Notes: generated by a model from the sequence alone, not told the origin. A DNA stretch of 64,000 nt from the human T2T-CHM13v2.0 reference genome, Homo sapiens (GCF_009914755.1 NC_060947.1), one strand, 5' to 3'; positions 34,807 through 48,274 are shown, counted from the stretch's first letter. Numbers and translations are program-made.

Positions 34807-35244
34807 CTGCAGGGATGGAGATCAGCATGAGAAAGAGAGCTTAGACGCAGGGTCAGGCAAAGGCTGACCTTTCACATCATTTCTTCCCATACCACCACAG
34901 CCCTCTTTTGGGGCCTTTCCATCTTATTCCCCACCCCTATTCCCCCAACTTCACATTTCTGTGTATGTCCTCTTCTACAAATCCCAAGTCTATCAGCAAC
35001 TTTAGACTCTCCTCAAATCCTTCCTCCACTGGTCTTCCGGGAATGGGCACACATGGCCTTTAACATGCAGTGTTAACTAAGAGGGGATTAAGTCTTTTGG
35101 TTTAAAAGGACTTAATTCAGAAGCCCAAATTTTTATTATCTAACATAGATTTGGTACAAACCACAGGAATAACCAAGTCAACAAACAAAATATATATATT
35201 GAAAAGCATGGGCAGCAGTTCCAGAATTCAATTCCCCAGCTCAC

Positions 35245-35388
35245 CCTTTTCACCAGGAGTACCAGCGCGTCCAGATGGTCCCATTTTTCCAGTTGATCCT
35301 GGAATTCCTTTTAATCCTCTTGTTCCAGGAATACCAGGCAGACCTGGTATTCCTGGAAAACCTACGAATCCAACAGACCCCTTCTCTC
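35245..35388 (-). CDS. COL4A6: COL4A6 exon 29 (144 nt)
   Basis: (G)[12 protein letters not shown]...GRAGTPGEK|gtgagc. Confidence 0.95.
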
Positions 35389-35634
35389 CTGTTGAAAAAC
35401 AAGAACTTTTATTATCACTCCCATTTTACATACCAGGAAATGGAGGCTCAGGGAGGTTGAGTAACTTGCCCAAAGTCATACAGCAAGGAAGTTGCAGAGA
35501 AGGAATTCAAACCCAGGTTTCTCTAATTCCAAAGTCTTAGTCATTACCAAACTCTTATTTATTACATATTATACTACCTTCCTGAATAGGGACATGGCAC
35601 TACACAATACAAAGGAAAGAAGTGGGCTCCTCTC

Positions 35635-35987
<353 letters not shown>

Positions 35988-36434
35988 CTAGGGCCAGGAG
36001 GCAAGGAGATGAGCTTTAGCCTCGTTCTGCTGCTAACCAGTTGTGTGACCTTAAACCACTCACTTTCCCTTTTTTTAAATGGAGATACCACCTGCCCAAC
36101 TACCAATGGCTATCAAGGCAATCATAGGAAGTGAGTGCTATCAGCCTCCATGGTAGGACTATGCAAATGAGTAAACCCAGTGTGGCTGGTACTGCCCAGG
36201 GTTTTGCTGACCATGATACTCAGCCTAGTGTTCCACCCAGCAGGCAGTGAGGGTGACTCACCTTGACCAGAGGTCCCCCTTTAGCACTAGCCTTGTCCAA
36301 CTATCTTGACACAAAAAGCCCTGTCCAAGTCCCTCCCCATTTCCCATTCCTAGGCAGAGAGGAAGGAGCAAGCTGCGCAGCTGAAATGCTCCTTTTTGGC
36401 AACCACTGGTCACTTCACTGATCACTTCACTTAC

Positions 36435-36605
36435 CCTTGGGTCCAGAGAGGGCTGGCAACCCAGCGACCCCTGGAGAGCCTGGGCTTCCTTTCAGTCCTA
36501 CTAGGCCTGGATTTCCAGGAAGGCCTTTTAGCCCTGGCAGCCCTTTCTTTACAATTGATCCAGGAGGACCTTTCTTGCCTCTTGTTCCTTTCTTTCCAGG
36601 ATGTC
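36435..36605 (-). CDS. COL4A6: COL4A6 exon 28 (171 nt)
   Basis: (G)HPGKKGTRGKKGPPGSIVKKGLPG...GLPALSGPK|gtaagt. Confidence 0.95.
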
Positions 36606-38277
36606 CTGAATAAGCACAGGAGAGAACACAGGACAGCTGTCAAGTGAGGCTCTGGCCAGATCTGGGCCACTGCCTATATCATAGCTTCTGATTGGTTTGG
36701 CTTGTTAGGTTTTGTAAATGGCCCTTTAACAATAGCACATGCAAACTGCTAACAGGCAGAGTTCTTAGTTGGCTGAAGCGTTAGCATCTACTACCCAGAG
36801 TGCCACGCCAATGGTTATTACTTCCAGCATGGCACATTAGCTGGCAGGGAGAGCAAACCCCTTCTGATTATAACTTTTTGTCTCTTTGTGAATGTGGTTT
36901 ACACTTTAGCCCCTGAATGGAGCTCTAGGAAGCCAGGGTGGCAAGTAGGCTCCAGTTTCCTGGTACTTCCAGTCTGAATCACGCCACAATGGCTGTTTCC
37001 TGAGCCAATCGGTGAAGTAGAGGTTAAAGCTGAGCTGTTGTTTCAGCCTCCCAGGGAGCCTTGGATACAGGGCTGCCCTTTTAATCCCTCAAGCAATCAG
37101 TTAAGTCAGCCAGTTCCTTGGCATTAAGGTTGAAAGACCCCCTAGTGCCAAGTACTGTAGAAACCCACAAGGCCCATTTGGTCTCCTAGGTATTCTGAGA
37201 CGTCTTTCACCACGCTTTAAAGTTGGTCAATGGGATTAACCTCCTGAGCTGCTGCCAAAGTGGAATGTTCAGGTACAAAGCAAGGAAATTAAAAAACGAA
37301 AGGATTAAATCATGACGACAGAGGTATTTGGGTCCCCAAGGACCCAAATGAATGGCTGACTTGGCTTTCTATGGATTGAAAAGCATCAAGTAGCTGCAAG
37401 CCCCAGGATTCAAATGGGAGGCTGTGAAGGGAACTCCACAACAAGGGAAAAATTCAATGGGAGCCAACCCCACAGCAGGAGCTCAGGGATCCCTGGCCTT
37501 GTAAGCAAGGCCATGTTATAGTGTATAATCAGATACATTCCTGAGTGGCAGAGCCATTGGGGGTGTTAGTCTGTGAGCTTGTGTGCTGTGTTTTCTCACT
37601 GAGGCAGCCTATGTGAAGATCTCAGAAACACAGAGAGACAAAGGGAATAAAAAGGACATTAATGGCTCTGCAAATAACTCAGCTTCAGTCACTAGGCCAG
37701 GAGTAAGGGGCGGTTGGGAATGGTGCAGTCACCGAAGCAGGTTGAGGAGGGTGGTGCGAGAAAAAGGCAAAGCTGCAAACACGAGTCTGGAAGCAGCAAG
37801 TGTCAGGCCCCACTGCTGAGTAAAAGACACTTGGCCATGGGTCCTTGGAGGCATGCTCGCCTGAGAGGCAGGCTGCCGGTGTGGTCACACTCTGCTCAAG
37901 CTTCTCCCCAACCAAAAGCAGGCTGCCCACAGCACCAGTGAAGGCATGGAGATGGACTAGACTCCCTCAACGATGAGGGTGGCTTCTCTAACTGGGGAGG
38001 TCGGGAGAGTTGAAACCTGAAAACTGGGCATGAGGCCATGGAGGAGGCGGGGGGAGGGGAAAGATTTGTGGCAACAGTTTGGAAGCTAACCTGCAGCAAT
38101 CTGTTCTGCTTGGTACTGCAAGGGTGACTTGAGATTTGAAACTTGAGAGCTTAGGAAAGTCAAGTCTCATTCTAAATTCTGACCATGTCCCACTACTGCT
38201 ATTGCCCCCCCAGGGCATCTGGGCCCAGGGCCTAGCTGAAGTCTGTCAAGGTGGGACTCTTCCTCTGAAGGACCTAC

Positions 38278-38439
38278 CTGAGATGCCTGGGAAGCCTGGT
38301 GCTCCTGGGAGCCCAGATTTGCCCTTGATGCCATATGGACCACTAGATCCTGGGGTGCCTGGCTGTCCCACCTGTCCTGGTGTCCCAGGGCTGCCCCGCT
38401 CACCTTTGGGGCCTAGTAAGCCAGGCTTCCCGTGCACAC
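38278..38439 (-). CDS. COL4A6: COL4A6 exon 27 (162 nt)
   Basis: (G)[15 protein letters not shown]...GFPGIS|gtaggt. Confidence 0.95.
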
Positions 38440-38810
38440 CTGATAAAAGAAAAGGGCAAATGATCACAGCCTGGAGAGATAGCAGTGAGTGGGTCAGCAA
38501 ACCAACTTCCAGGACTTATCCCAGGTGCCACTGTCTTCTCAGCTCCAGCCTTGTTGCTATTCCCAGCCGTAACCCAGTCTTTGCAAGAAATTTGACTATT
38601 AGTTATGGTCACTTTTGGAATTACTAAGACAGTAAAGTCGACTCAGGCTATTTAAGGAAAATTTCACAAAAGGGAGGGACAGAATAAAATATTTCATTTT
38701 AACCCCTTAATTAAACCATCACCCCAGATTCATGCAAGTATTCATGGAAGTATACGAATTAATATAAGGCTTTCTGTAGATTGTTAAATAATTGGGGCAA
38801 AAAGATTCAC

Positions 38811-39032
38811 CCTTGAGTCCTGGAAGGCCAGAGTCTCCAAGAAATCCTTTGTGCCCTGTTAATCCTTGTAGGCCTTGTTCCCCCGGAGCACCATTTTCAG
38901 CACCAAAGATGTCACCAGTGGCTCCCTTGGAACCAGGTAAGCCTGGACTGCCAATCATCCCAGGCAAGCCATCTTTTCCAGGGAGCCCAGGAAACCCAGG
39001 CAAGCCCTTCTCCCCACGAGGTCCAGGAAATC
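38811..39032 (-). CDS. COL4A6: COL4A6 exon 26 (222 nt)
   Basis: (G)FPGPRGEKG...[15 protein letters not shown]...GLPGLK|gtgaat. Confidence 0.95.
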
Positions 39033-39452
39033 CTAAACGTAAAAAGGCGAACATAAAAGACCATGGCTGTTTAGAAGCAATTTGTCTGAGTACAGATCTC
39101 TGAGACAGATTTTTCTAATATGAAAGCTAACATATTAATAATATATGTCACTTCTCTTGAAGGTCAGGAGTCTCTGTTCCTGCAAGGCCTTGTGCAGAGG
39201 CAGGGACTGTGCCCTGCGACCTGGAGGAGGTTCTAGTTCTGGGAGGCAGGGCTGTGGGCGGAGGTCCACAAACTGTTCCTGAGGGTCCTACAGTTGTTGA
39301 AGAACACACGCCACCCCATAGCATCCTGAGAAAAGTTCAACCTCTTCTGGAGTTCTCTAGCTTCTGCTGTCATGCCTCCTTCTTCTTGGGTGGGGAGAGG
39401 GTACTGGAGGGGACCCTGGAGCACATGGTCCAAGATGAGCCCCGAGCCCTAG

Positions 39453-39635
39453 AGCAGTGCAGTTCTCAAATCTGAGCAAGCATCACAATCACCTGGGGTA
39501 ACAAGCAGATTACCGGGCCCATCCCCAGAGGTTATGATCAGCAGATCCTGTGGAGAGGCAGAAAATTTGCATTTCCATCAAGTTCCTAGGTGATGCTGAT
39601 GCTGGCCCATGGAGTACAGTTTGAGGACCACTAGT
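39453..39635. mobile_element. MER5A-like hAT-Charlie MITE
   Basis: cagttctcaaa...aatcacctgg...gtgatgctgatgctgg...tttgaggaccact. Confidence 0.8.
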
Positions 39636-40037
39636 ACAGTGAAGAATCATGAAGCTCAAGTTGGAACAAGAGAGTGTGAGAAAAGGGATAGAAATGGACA
39701 ACTTCCCTCTGACTGATCTCAATCTCTTTCACTGGCCCTTAAGGAGTTGATCCAGGAAACTCATAGAACTGGCAGACAGACAACCTGGCAGAGTCCTAGC
39801 TCTGTCACTAGTGGTTTAGTGATCTCGGACAAGTCATTTCCCATCTGGGCCTCAGTTTCCTCATCTGAAAGTTAAGGGGTTGCCCCAGCTGATTTTGAAT
39901 GGTCCTTATTGCTCTAATATGCTGTCATTCTATGGCTGTATGCTGTGTCTTGCCAGGGTATAAAATTAAACAATCCTACCCACACCAGAGAGCAAACTTG
40001 GCTTCCTGTAATTGGCAGAGGACTACCACAACCCAAA

Positions 40038-40069
40038 TACACACACACACACACACACACATACACACA
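40038..40069. repeat. (CA)n microsatellite just downstream of the exon 25 donor
   Basis: Directly visible. Confidence 0.9.
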
Positions 40070-40104
40070 AAGAGAAGCAGGTGAGGAGACACTCCTTTTC
40101 TTAC

Positions 40105-40212
40105 CTGGTAATTCAGGAAGATGAACCAATCCTGGACTCCCTGGCTCTCCTTTACTTCCACTTGACCCAGGCTGGCCTGGGGTCCCAGGGAGGCCTCGAG
40201 ACCCTTTAGGGC
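40105..40212 (-). CDS. COL4A6: COL4A6 exon 25 (108 nt)
   Basis: (G)PKGSRGLPG...GSPGLVHLPELP|gtaaga. Confidence 0.95.
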
Positions 40213-40486
40213 CTGAAAACCCAAATGTAAGCAATGAGGGGAAAGGAAAGTCGGTGTGCTAGGTATGATTTGTGATGTTCAGTCAAGAATCCCAGTCTCT
40301 TGGAGAGCCTCTCCTTGTCTCACCTCCCCACACTGCCCTCTCCAGCAGCCATCCTGTTTCCTCAATCCCCAAGGCTGCCCTCAGGAGGAATGTGGATCCC
40401 CAAATACTACTGGGCTATCCTCTGCTTCCTTTGCCTTATGGCCCTTACAAGAGTGTTTAGTGGCTTTCTCTGGCCTCATTCCATAC

Positions 40487-40558
40487 CTGGGAATCCGGGA
40501 GTGCCTGGAAATCCTGATGGACCGTATGACCCAGGAATAATACAGGGCAGGGTGATTC
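40487..40558 (-). CDS. COL4A6: COL4A6 exon 24 (72 nt)
   Basis: (G)ITLPCIIPGSYGPSGFPGTPGFP|gtatgg. Confidence 0.94.
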
Positions 40559-41654
40559 CTGTAAATGGTAACATGTGTGCATTCAGTGAACCCAGAGTTA
40601 GGGAAGATTTCTCCCTAGTACGCTCCTTTACTTCTATTCCATTTAATAGGACAGCCAAGCTCTTCCCACTCAGCAGCTGGGAGCCCACACTGGAAAACCT
40701 TGGCATCATTAGCTCTGGGGAGTTACAACCAGTACAGTTGCTTACAGATGAGAATGCTCCTAGTGTCCAAGTGCTAGGATATCACTTATCAAACCACTGA
40801 TGCCCAGTGGGCAAACAGTCACCTATGCAGCAGATGTTACCTAACAAGGTTTCTTAGAGATTGCCTGTGCAGGAACAGCAGCAAACAGCAATTGCCTACT
40901 CACCCTGCCCTCAGATAGAGCCTCTCCCTAGGATGGGTGTTGGGGGTTAGTCCTAAGGGTCCATTATGCTTATTTGACTAGATTGGAAGGTTTGAAGCCA
41001 AGATCCCTCAAGTTCTCATGTTTACCCTTTCCTTGGAATGAGGTTTTCCCCAAACCACTGGGTTCTTTTGATGCACTTCATTTGGGATCTGCTGAAACCT
41101 ATTGATTGTCCTTGGTCAAATGTACCAGTATGACTGTACTATGCAAACACTTAAGACCACTCTCTTGTCCGTGACAGGCAAGTGGTGACCCTTCCCTCAG
41201 CTCCTTATTTGAAACTGTCAACTCTGCTGCTCAAGGAGAAAAAGTAGCAATTTTAATATTCAAGATGTCAAAATTGGCATGCATAGCCCTTCCCCTAGCA
41301 AATTCTCCCTTGCCCATTCATAATGCAAATAAAAAGAATCTATAAGATCACAGAGGGGAGGTTTAATAAAATACTGGTGAACAAATTGTTTGCGGGCTCC
41401 CTCAAGTGCCATTTACAAACAATTGCTATGCTAATTAAATAAGCCTTGCCTATTCATTAAAACAATCCCCCAAGGTCTGCTTTAAACCACAGAGCCAACA
41501 GTTTTAATAAACATCTATAGCTTTTGCCTGTACTTAAATCACAAATTACATTTCTGAAAAATATGTACACATCCTATGATTCAAACTGCTTACTGAACTC
41601 GCTGGCATCCTCCCCTGATCCCACTTCTATTTTCTTAAATCAAGATTGGGAATT

Positions 41655-41895
41655 GAACAGTATAATGTATTGGTTAACAAGTTGGGCTCTGAAGCCAGAC
41701 AGACCTTAGCTGGTATCCTAGTTCTGCTGCTAACCAGCTGCGTGGACAAGATACTTAAACCTCTCTGAGCCTCATGGCAAAATGGGAACTACTTCTACTT
41801 TTCTCATATGGTGTGTGTGAGGATTACATGAAACTGTGCACTTAGCACAGTGTCTAGCACTCTGGTACATGCTCAATTAATAATAGTTCTTATTA
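41655..41895 (+). mobile_element. MIR
   Basis: gggctctgaagccagacagacct...acttaaacctctctgagcctc...cacttagcacagtgtct. Confidence 0.75.
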
Positions 41896-43311
41896 TCTTG
41901 AACTATTATCTTATGTAAGAATGAGTACTCAGTAGAGCTCCTGCAAGGCCATCCTCAGGCTAGTGACACTGCTTGTAGTCTGGGCAGCACTTTCTGCCTT
42001 CCAGACTTCAGGTTTCTACAGTTATATTTCCAGAGGTGAACAGATGGCCATAGGCCTGGATCCTCCTCCGTAGGTGGTCAAACCCACCTCCACCCTGCCA
42101 GACATCAAGATGACAGAGCTATTTCTGATAGTTATTTCCCTACTATGGAAATATGCTCTACAGGTCAACACTTTATGGTGAGATGCTTCACTGGGAGGGG
42201 GTTTTCAACCTTGTGCTTGGCTCAGGCCTGGGCTCTTTGAGTTAGGCTGAAGAATTTCCTCCAGAGGGTGTATCATGAGAGGGATCCTGCAAAAGACTCT
42301 CCTGCCCTCAACAATCTCAATAGCTCATTGGCTCCAATGTGTCAAACTCTAACATTACAGTTCCATTGTTTTACGTCTTAGGAAACAAACTTAGTAAAAT
42401 AAAAATATCCCTGGGCTGGGTCCAACTATTAAGCCATTCATCCTTAATTTATCAGACTGATTTAATTGCTTCTTTTCATCTGTGACAGCCAGATAAAAAC
42501 AAAGCCTTTAGAATATGAAGCTGAGGACAGGCATCCAGAAAGGTTCCGGGATGAGAAAAACAATGGTCAAAGGAAAGATGGTTAGAAACCAGAGGAAATC
42601 AACGACATATTTCTCTCAATAATTTTGTCTTATGCCTGTATGCCACACCACACTTGTGTATTGTAAGCAGAGGTTCAAAATGGTGAGAGGGAAGGACTTC
42701 AAGTCATATTGGTATCTGGCTCTTTTCCTTTATACTGTCTTCTACTTTACATTCCTGAATTCAGAGCCTTCTCAACAAAGCAAAAATCTGCTCTACCCAT
42801 GTTCTGTTTAGTAATTGCAACAAATGACCTAATTATTCAGAATTTTTCCCATTAATGCCCAAATCCATCTTCAGAATAAAAAGAGTCTCTGGTTCCCAAG
42901 ATTTTAACATCCCAATTTGTTCTGGGCCCAATGAATAAAGTTCAGACATGTGTGGATCCTTTCAGGTACCTCTCAAGGCAGATTATGGCCCCAGTGAAGT
43001 TCAGAAAATGAATTTGCTTAAGGTAGAGATCAGCCAAGCTATCGACATGCATGGTGAAGGAAATCAGCCCCTCTCAGAGACTGCATGCCCACTCAATCCC
43101 GTACTGCCTGCTGTAAGAGGTATGTGCTAAGGAGCCTCTGAAGCAGTGTTGGTGTCAGCCTTTGCATCCCAGCCTTAGACTCCCCACTCCCCAAACAGGG
43201 CATCCAGTGTGGTGCTCAGGCCATCGTGACTGTCTGAGACAAAGGTAAACAAAAAAGGGGTGTTTAGCTAAGACTAGTGTCTGAGAGCTTGTAGACCTAG
43301 CTAGCTCTCAC

Positions 43312-43365
43312 CTCTCTCTGTGTCTAAGTCTCCTTTACCAACCTTCTCTCTACAGCAGCAGTCAC
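43312..43365 (-). CDS. COL4A6: Putative COL4A6 alternative cassette exon (54 nt) between exons 23 and 24
   Basis: ttttcttcttcacttgattgctctag|GTGACTGCTGCTGT...GAGAGAG|gtgaga; phase 1-1, no stop; encodes (G)DCCCREKVGKGDLDTER(G). Confidence 0.7.
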
Positions 43366-43926
43366 CTAGAGCAATCAAGTGAAGAAGAAAATTAAACTAG
43401 GACAGAAGTTCCTTGGGGCCCAAGGGAAGTCTTCTCAGCAGCCCAGATATGCCCACCAACCAAATCCCTTGTCTGAACTTAGTGGAGAGCACTTGCACCC
43501 ACATGAGATCAAGCACACAGTCACCACAGTTCAGTAATAACCAGGGTGATTGATTACTATGAGCATCTGGAACAGAGCCTCTTTGGAAATAGCCAGTTGT
43601 CTGCTTGCCCAAAGTTTTTAATAATTCACACTAGTAGGCTGAAAGGCTTCTGATGATTGCATCCTCTTTCCTGGCAATGCAGCTGTCCTAGTCTGGGCTA
43701 CCATTGATTGGAGTGGGCACATTCAGGAATAGCATCTTAGTTTTTTTCTAGCAACAGAAATGGCTACAATGCAAATGTGTGGGGACCACAGGTTATTTGT
43801 TTTTAAAATTGTGCAGAAGAAAGGTAGGTTTGAAAAATTATATTTGTTTGTCATAGAGAGAAAAAGAAAGCTAATGCTCTTTATTAAAGTAATTTCTTGA
43901 AACTCTTCATACTGCAAGAAGGACAT

Positions 43927-44317
43927 GGCTATGGTTTGAATATGATTTGTCTCCACCAAAACTCATGTTGAGACTTGGTTTCCAGAGTGGCTGTGTTGGG
44001 AGGTGGTGCTTCTGAGAGGTAATTAGGTTGTTAGGATGGATTAATCTCTTTCTCGGGAGACTGGGTTATTTCTCAAGGGAATGGATTAGTTCCCACAAGA
44101 GCAGGCTGTTATAAAGCAAGGTTGCTTTAGTGTTTGGACTCTTTTGCATATGCCCTTCTGCTTTCCACAATGAGTTGAAGCACAAGGCCCTCAACTGATG
44201 GGCTGCCCAATCTTGGACTTCCTAGCCTTCAGAATCATGAGCTAAATAAACCTCTTTTCTTTGTAAATTACCCAGTCTCAGATCTCCTGTTGTAGCAACA
44301 GAAAATGGAATAAGACA
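43927..44317 (+). mobile_element. MST-family (MaLR) solo LTR
   Basis: gctatggtttgaat...aaataaacctcttttctttgtaaattacccagtctcag...taagaca; near-TSD gacat/aacat. Confidence 0.85.
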
Positions 44318-44702
44318 AACATTTTCTGCATAAGGCATCCCCCAGGCTATAGCTTACCATATCATATTCCTAATAACTTTCTGTATCCAGGGACTAGTGA
44401 TGTTTGGGATAAAAATGGTCCTGCAAGCTTCCTTCTGTTCACTCAGCTGGTTCTCAAATAGTTAAAATGTTGCTAATAGCCAGAAGACTTGGAAGTGTGT
44501 AAGTTTATAGGTGTCATGTTATTATAACTCAGTTTAAAACCTTGTTGCTTGCAAAATGGTTTAACCTACAATGAAGACCCAATTACGGGAGGAGCAGTAG
44601 AATGACCATGAGTAATGTCTCTGGGAACAGAGCTAGAAGCAAAGCTATAGCTGACACTAGGACTTCCAACAGGCAGAATGATTTTATTTGCTAAATCCTT
44701 AT

Positions 44703-45002
<300 letters not shown>

Positions 45003-45269
45003 GGAAAATGTCCTTACAACCTTCACAATAATTTGTGAAATGATATATTGACTCGGTTTAAAGAATCTTGAATTATCAAGTTTTAACCTGTACCATCTAC
45101 CATCAACCTTATTACACCGATTCACAAAAATAGATTTGGAAATAAATAAAATTTTGCAAGACCTGGTATCCTGTCTTCTTTTATTGTAATTCTTCAAGAT
45201 GATAAGGTGGAAACAGGAGAAATATGTTTAAGAAATAGCCCCTTGGTTATTGGGAAGGCTCTTTCTTCT

Positions 45270-46100
45270 GCAAACAAATATTAGTCTCCTATGGAACACT
45301 GCACTATGCTAGGCATGTAAAGAAACTCTAAGAAGTATTACCATCCCTAGTATCAAGAGACTTACAATGCAGTTGGGGAAAGTAAAAGCAGTAATAGAAG
45401 GAGATATATAATTTAAGTAGCAATGACATACTGTGGAGGTCAAGGGAAAGCTTAATGGAAGAAGTGGGGTTTATCTTGAACCCTGAAAGAGGAATATGAT
45501 ATGACTACACAAAGAGGAAGAGCACTCCAGGAAAAGGCAACATGGTAAAATTTTGGAGCTGGAAGTGAACATATTGTGTTTGGGTATAGTGAAGAAGACT
45601 GGTGTCTTAGTTTTTTTGTTTCAATTAAGAGCATGATATAAGGTTGAAAAAGTTGGTTGTATCCATGTTTGGAGACTTTTGAATTCCAAGTTGAGGAGTT
45701 TGGACATTATATGATCTCTGTTCAATTGGTACCATATGTGGCTTTGAACTAGGGGAGTTACATGATATTGGCACTTTACAGATATTAAATTGGCTGCAGC
45801 GTTCTTAATAGAATTGAATGTAAAAACTACTTAGGAAGTTGTTGTCATTCACTCACTCATCTATCCATCCATCCAACCATCCACTTATTCCAACAAGCAT
45901 ATAGGTATTTGAAAAACTAGGCATGAGATAATGAGAGTTTAGTAGCAATAAGAGAAGGAAAGAATATAAGAGGAATTGCAAAGGAAATAAGAGATAATCT
46001 CAAAATTTTAAACTTCAGATTATTATAAGTGTGGTGTCACTAATGGAAGCATAGAAGTTGTGGAAACCCAAAAGTTGGGATGAACAGCTGTTCTGGCTGT
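45270..46100 (-). mobile_element. L2 fragments with an embedded (TCCA)n tract
   Basis: caaacaaatatt...cactatgctaggc..., aaagaggaagagcactccagg... Confidence 0.6.
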
Positions 46101-46309
46101 ATTGAAGAAGATTAGTTATTAGCATAGCACCTTCATAAACTATAAGCAGGACTGTTACACATAATTTCTAAAATTCAAGTAGAAAAAGAAGTTATATAAA
46201 GAGGAAGGAGTTAAGGGATAAAATGGGGGATTAGACTATAAGCAACTAGATTTCTGCCCAATCTGAGATTCCATGAGTTGAGGAAAGGTTTTTCCCAGCT
46301 GATGATATT

Positions 46310-46570
46310 ACCACACAATTTAGAGGGCACCTTGTCCAATCTCCCACTCATTGCTTTGATGACATTTGCAACAAGTGGTCATCCATCTTCTTCTTGAACT
46401 CTCCCAGGGATTATGAGCTCATAACCTCCCTCAGTAGCTCTGTTACATTTTCAGACTGCTCTGGTAGGAAGTTCTTCACGAAGTAGGGTGGAAATCTATG
46501 TTATTCTGCCCCCTAAGCTTACCACAATACAATTATAATACTTTTTTTCACATGCAAATCCTTCAGGGGG
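46310..46570. mobile_element. CR1/L3-like fragment
   Basis: ggtcatccatcttcttcttgaactctcccagggat...gagctcataacctccc...aggaagttcttc. Confidence 0.45.
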
Positions 46571-46684
46571 TTGAAAGTAGTGATTATGGTCAGACAAGTC
46601 TCTTCTTATGATACATTTCATGCACCTGAGTCATAACCACTCTACAAGGGGTCAAATTTCCAAGTCCAAAGCCATCTGATTCTA

Positions 46685-46876
<192 letters not shown>

Positions 46877-47444
46877 CTAGACAACATATAAAACAAAGAA
46901 TGAAAATTCAACTCAGAGATTTATCTGGACAGTCCTCTGACTACAAGAAAGAGGTAGCCAGTGTGACCAATGCTTTGTGTTTTGTTAAAATTATCTATCA
47001 TCACCATAGTTTATCTATCAGTCTCCTCTGACTTTAGTTAGTGGATATGAATCTTGTCTACTCTGGGTGATCTAACAACACAAAAGTTTCTGGATAGGGG
47101 TGAGGAGACAGGGCAAGAAATGAGCAGGATAATAACAACCCCAGAGATCACAGAAAGTGGCTAGATTACTTGAGGAGAAAAGTCACTGAGAAGCTGAAGT
47201 ATTTTTAAGTCATATGGTCAGGTGTTACTAGCATTTATCAAATGAGACAATGATCCATTCTGAGAAAATGATTCCCACTTTACATAAAGGAAAAGCAAAA
47301 AGCAAAAAGTTTCAGTGGCAGAGGCAGGGCAAGGTCCTCTAGACTCTGTTCTTCCCTGTTTCATGGTCCAGTGGCCATCAGACCCCCCAACAAAGTCAGG
47401 TGTGAAGATCTGTAGAGCTAATCACCTAGGAACGATCAACTTAC

Positions 47445-47624
47445 CGGAAGGCCTGGCAGACCTGGTAAACCTGGTACTCCGTCCTTGCCTGGTTCTCCTA
47501 TTACACCACGGAAGCCCTGGGAGCCAGAATCACCCCGATCTCCTGGCATTCCTTGGATTGTACTGAGAATTGGTTCCCCCTTCTTTCCTTTGGGTCCTGA
47601 AGGACCCAGAGGCCCAACTAAGCC
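47445..47624 (-). CDS. COL4A6: COL4A6 exon 22 (180 nt)
   Basis: GLVGPLGPSGPKGKKGEPILSTIQGMPGDRGDSG...GLPGLP|gtaagt. Confidence 0.95.
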
Positions 47625-48113
47625 CTGACAAAGAAAAGAGAGAAGAGGGAGTAGTCAGAAGATGTAGACTTCATAGAATTCCGGCACCTAGCATTATGAC
47701 TTAGAGCAGAACCTTGGGTACATATTGGCACTGTTCTAGACACTGATTATGTTGTAATCTTGAATAATAGTTGCCCATTTATTTCTGCACCTTTTGTAAA
47801 TTTTGAAATCTTTGAAGATGTAAACCTCACCTTAATTCCTATTTTATCTTCATGGGCCAGCACATTGCTAGGCAAAGGTAAACAATGTTGTGGAAGGAAG
47901 AAATTGTGGAAAGAGAAAAGGGAAAATAGGTAGGTTAAAGCAGAAAGGACTTTAAGAGACTCTATAGTCAGATTTCATGTTGTAGATCAAAACCCCAAAA
48001 CTTTGTTTTAATCCCATCTCTCTTGTATGTGCTTTAGAAAAGTAACTGGGGGGATTGAAGGGCACTTGAAAGATTCCATTGCTTCCTCAGGGTCAAAGTT
48101 TGGCAAGACTTAC

Positions 48114-48274
48114 TGGAGCCCCTGCTGGGCCCTGTGCACCCCCAGAGCCTCGATCTCCTCTGGCTCCTTTAAGGCCTGGAAGGCCTATGAGACCCCATGG
48201 ACCAGGTGGGCCTGGTTCCCCGGGTGGTCCAGTGTTGGGAACACCACCGTCACAAGCACAGAAACCTGAGTCTC
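48114..48274 (-). CDS. COL4A6: COL4A6 exon 21 (161 nt)
   Basis: (G)DSGFCACDGGVPNTGPPG...GARGDRG...GAP|gtaagt. Confidence 0.95.

Noticed and set aside
40841-40864. 24-nt pseudo-exon with an in-frame TAA in intron 23
   Set aside because: Plausible splice sites occur often by chance; nothing else supports a poison exon
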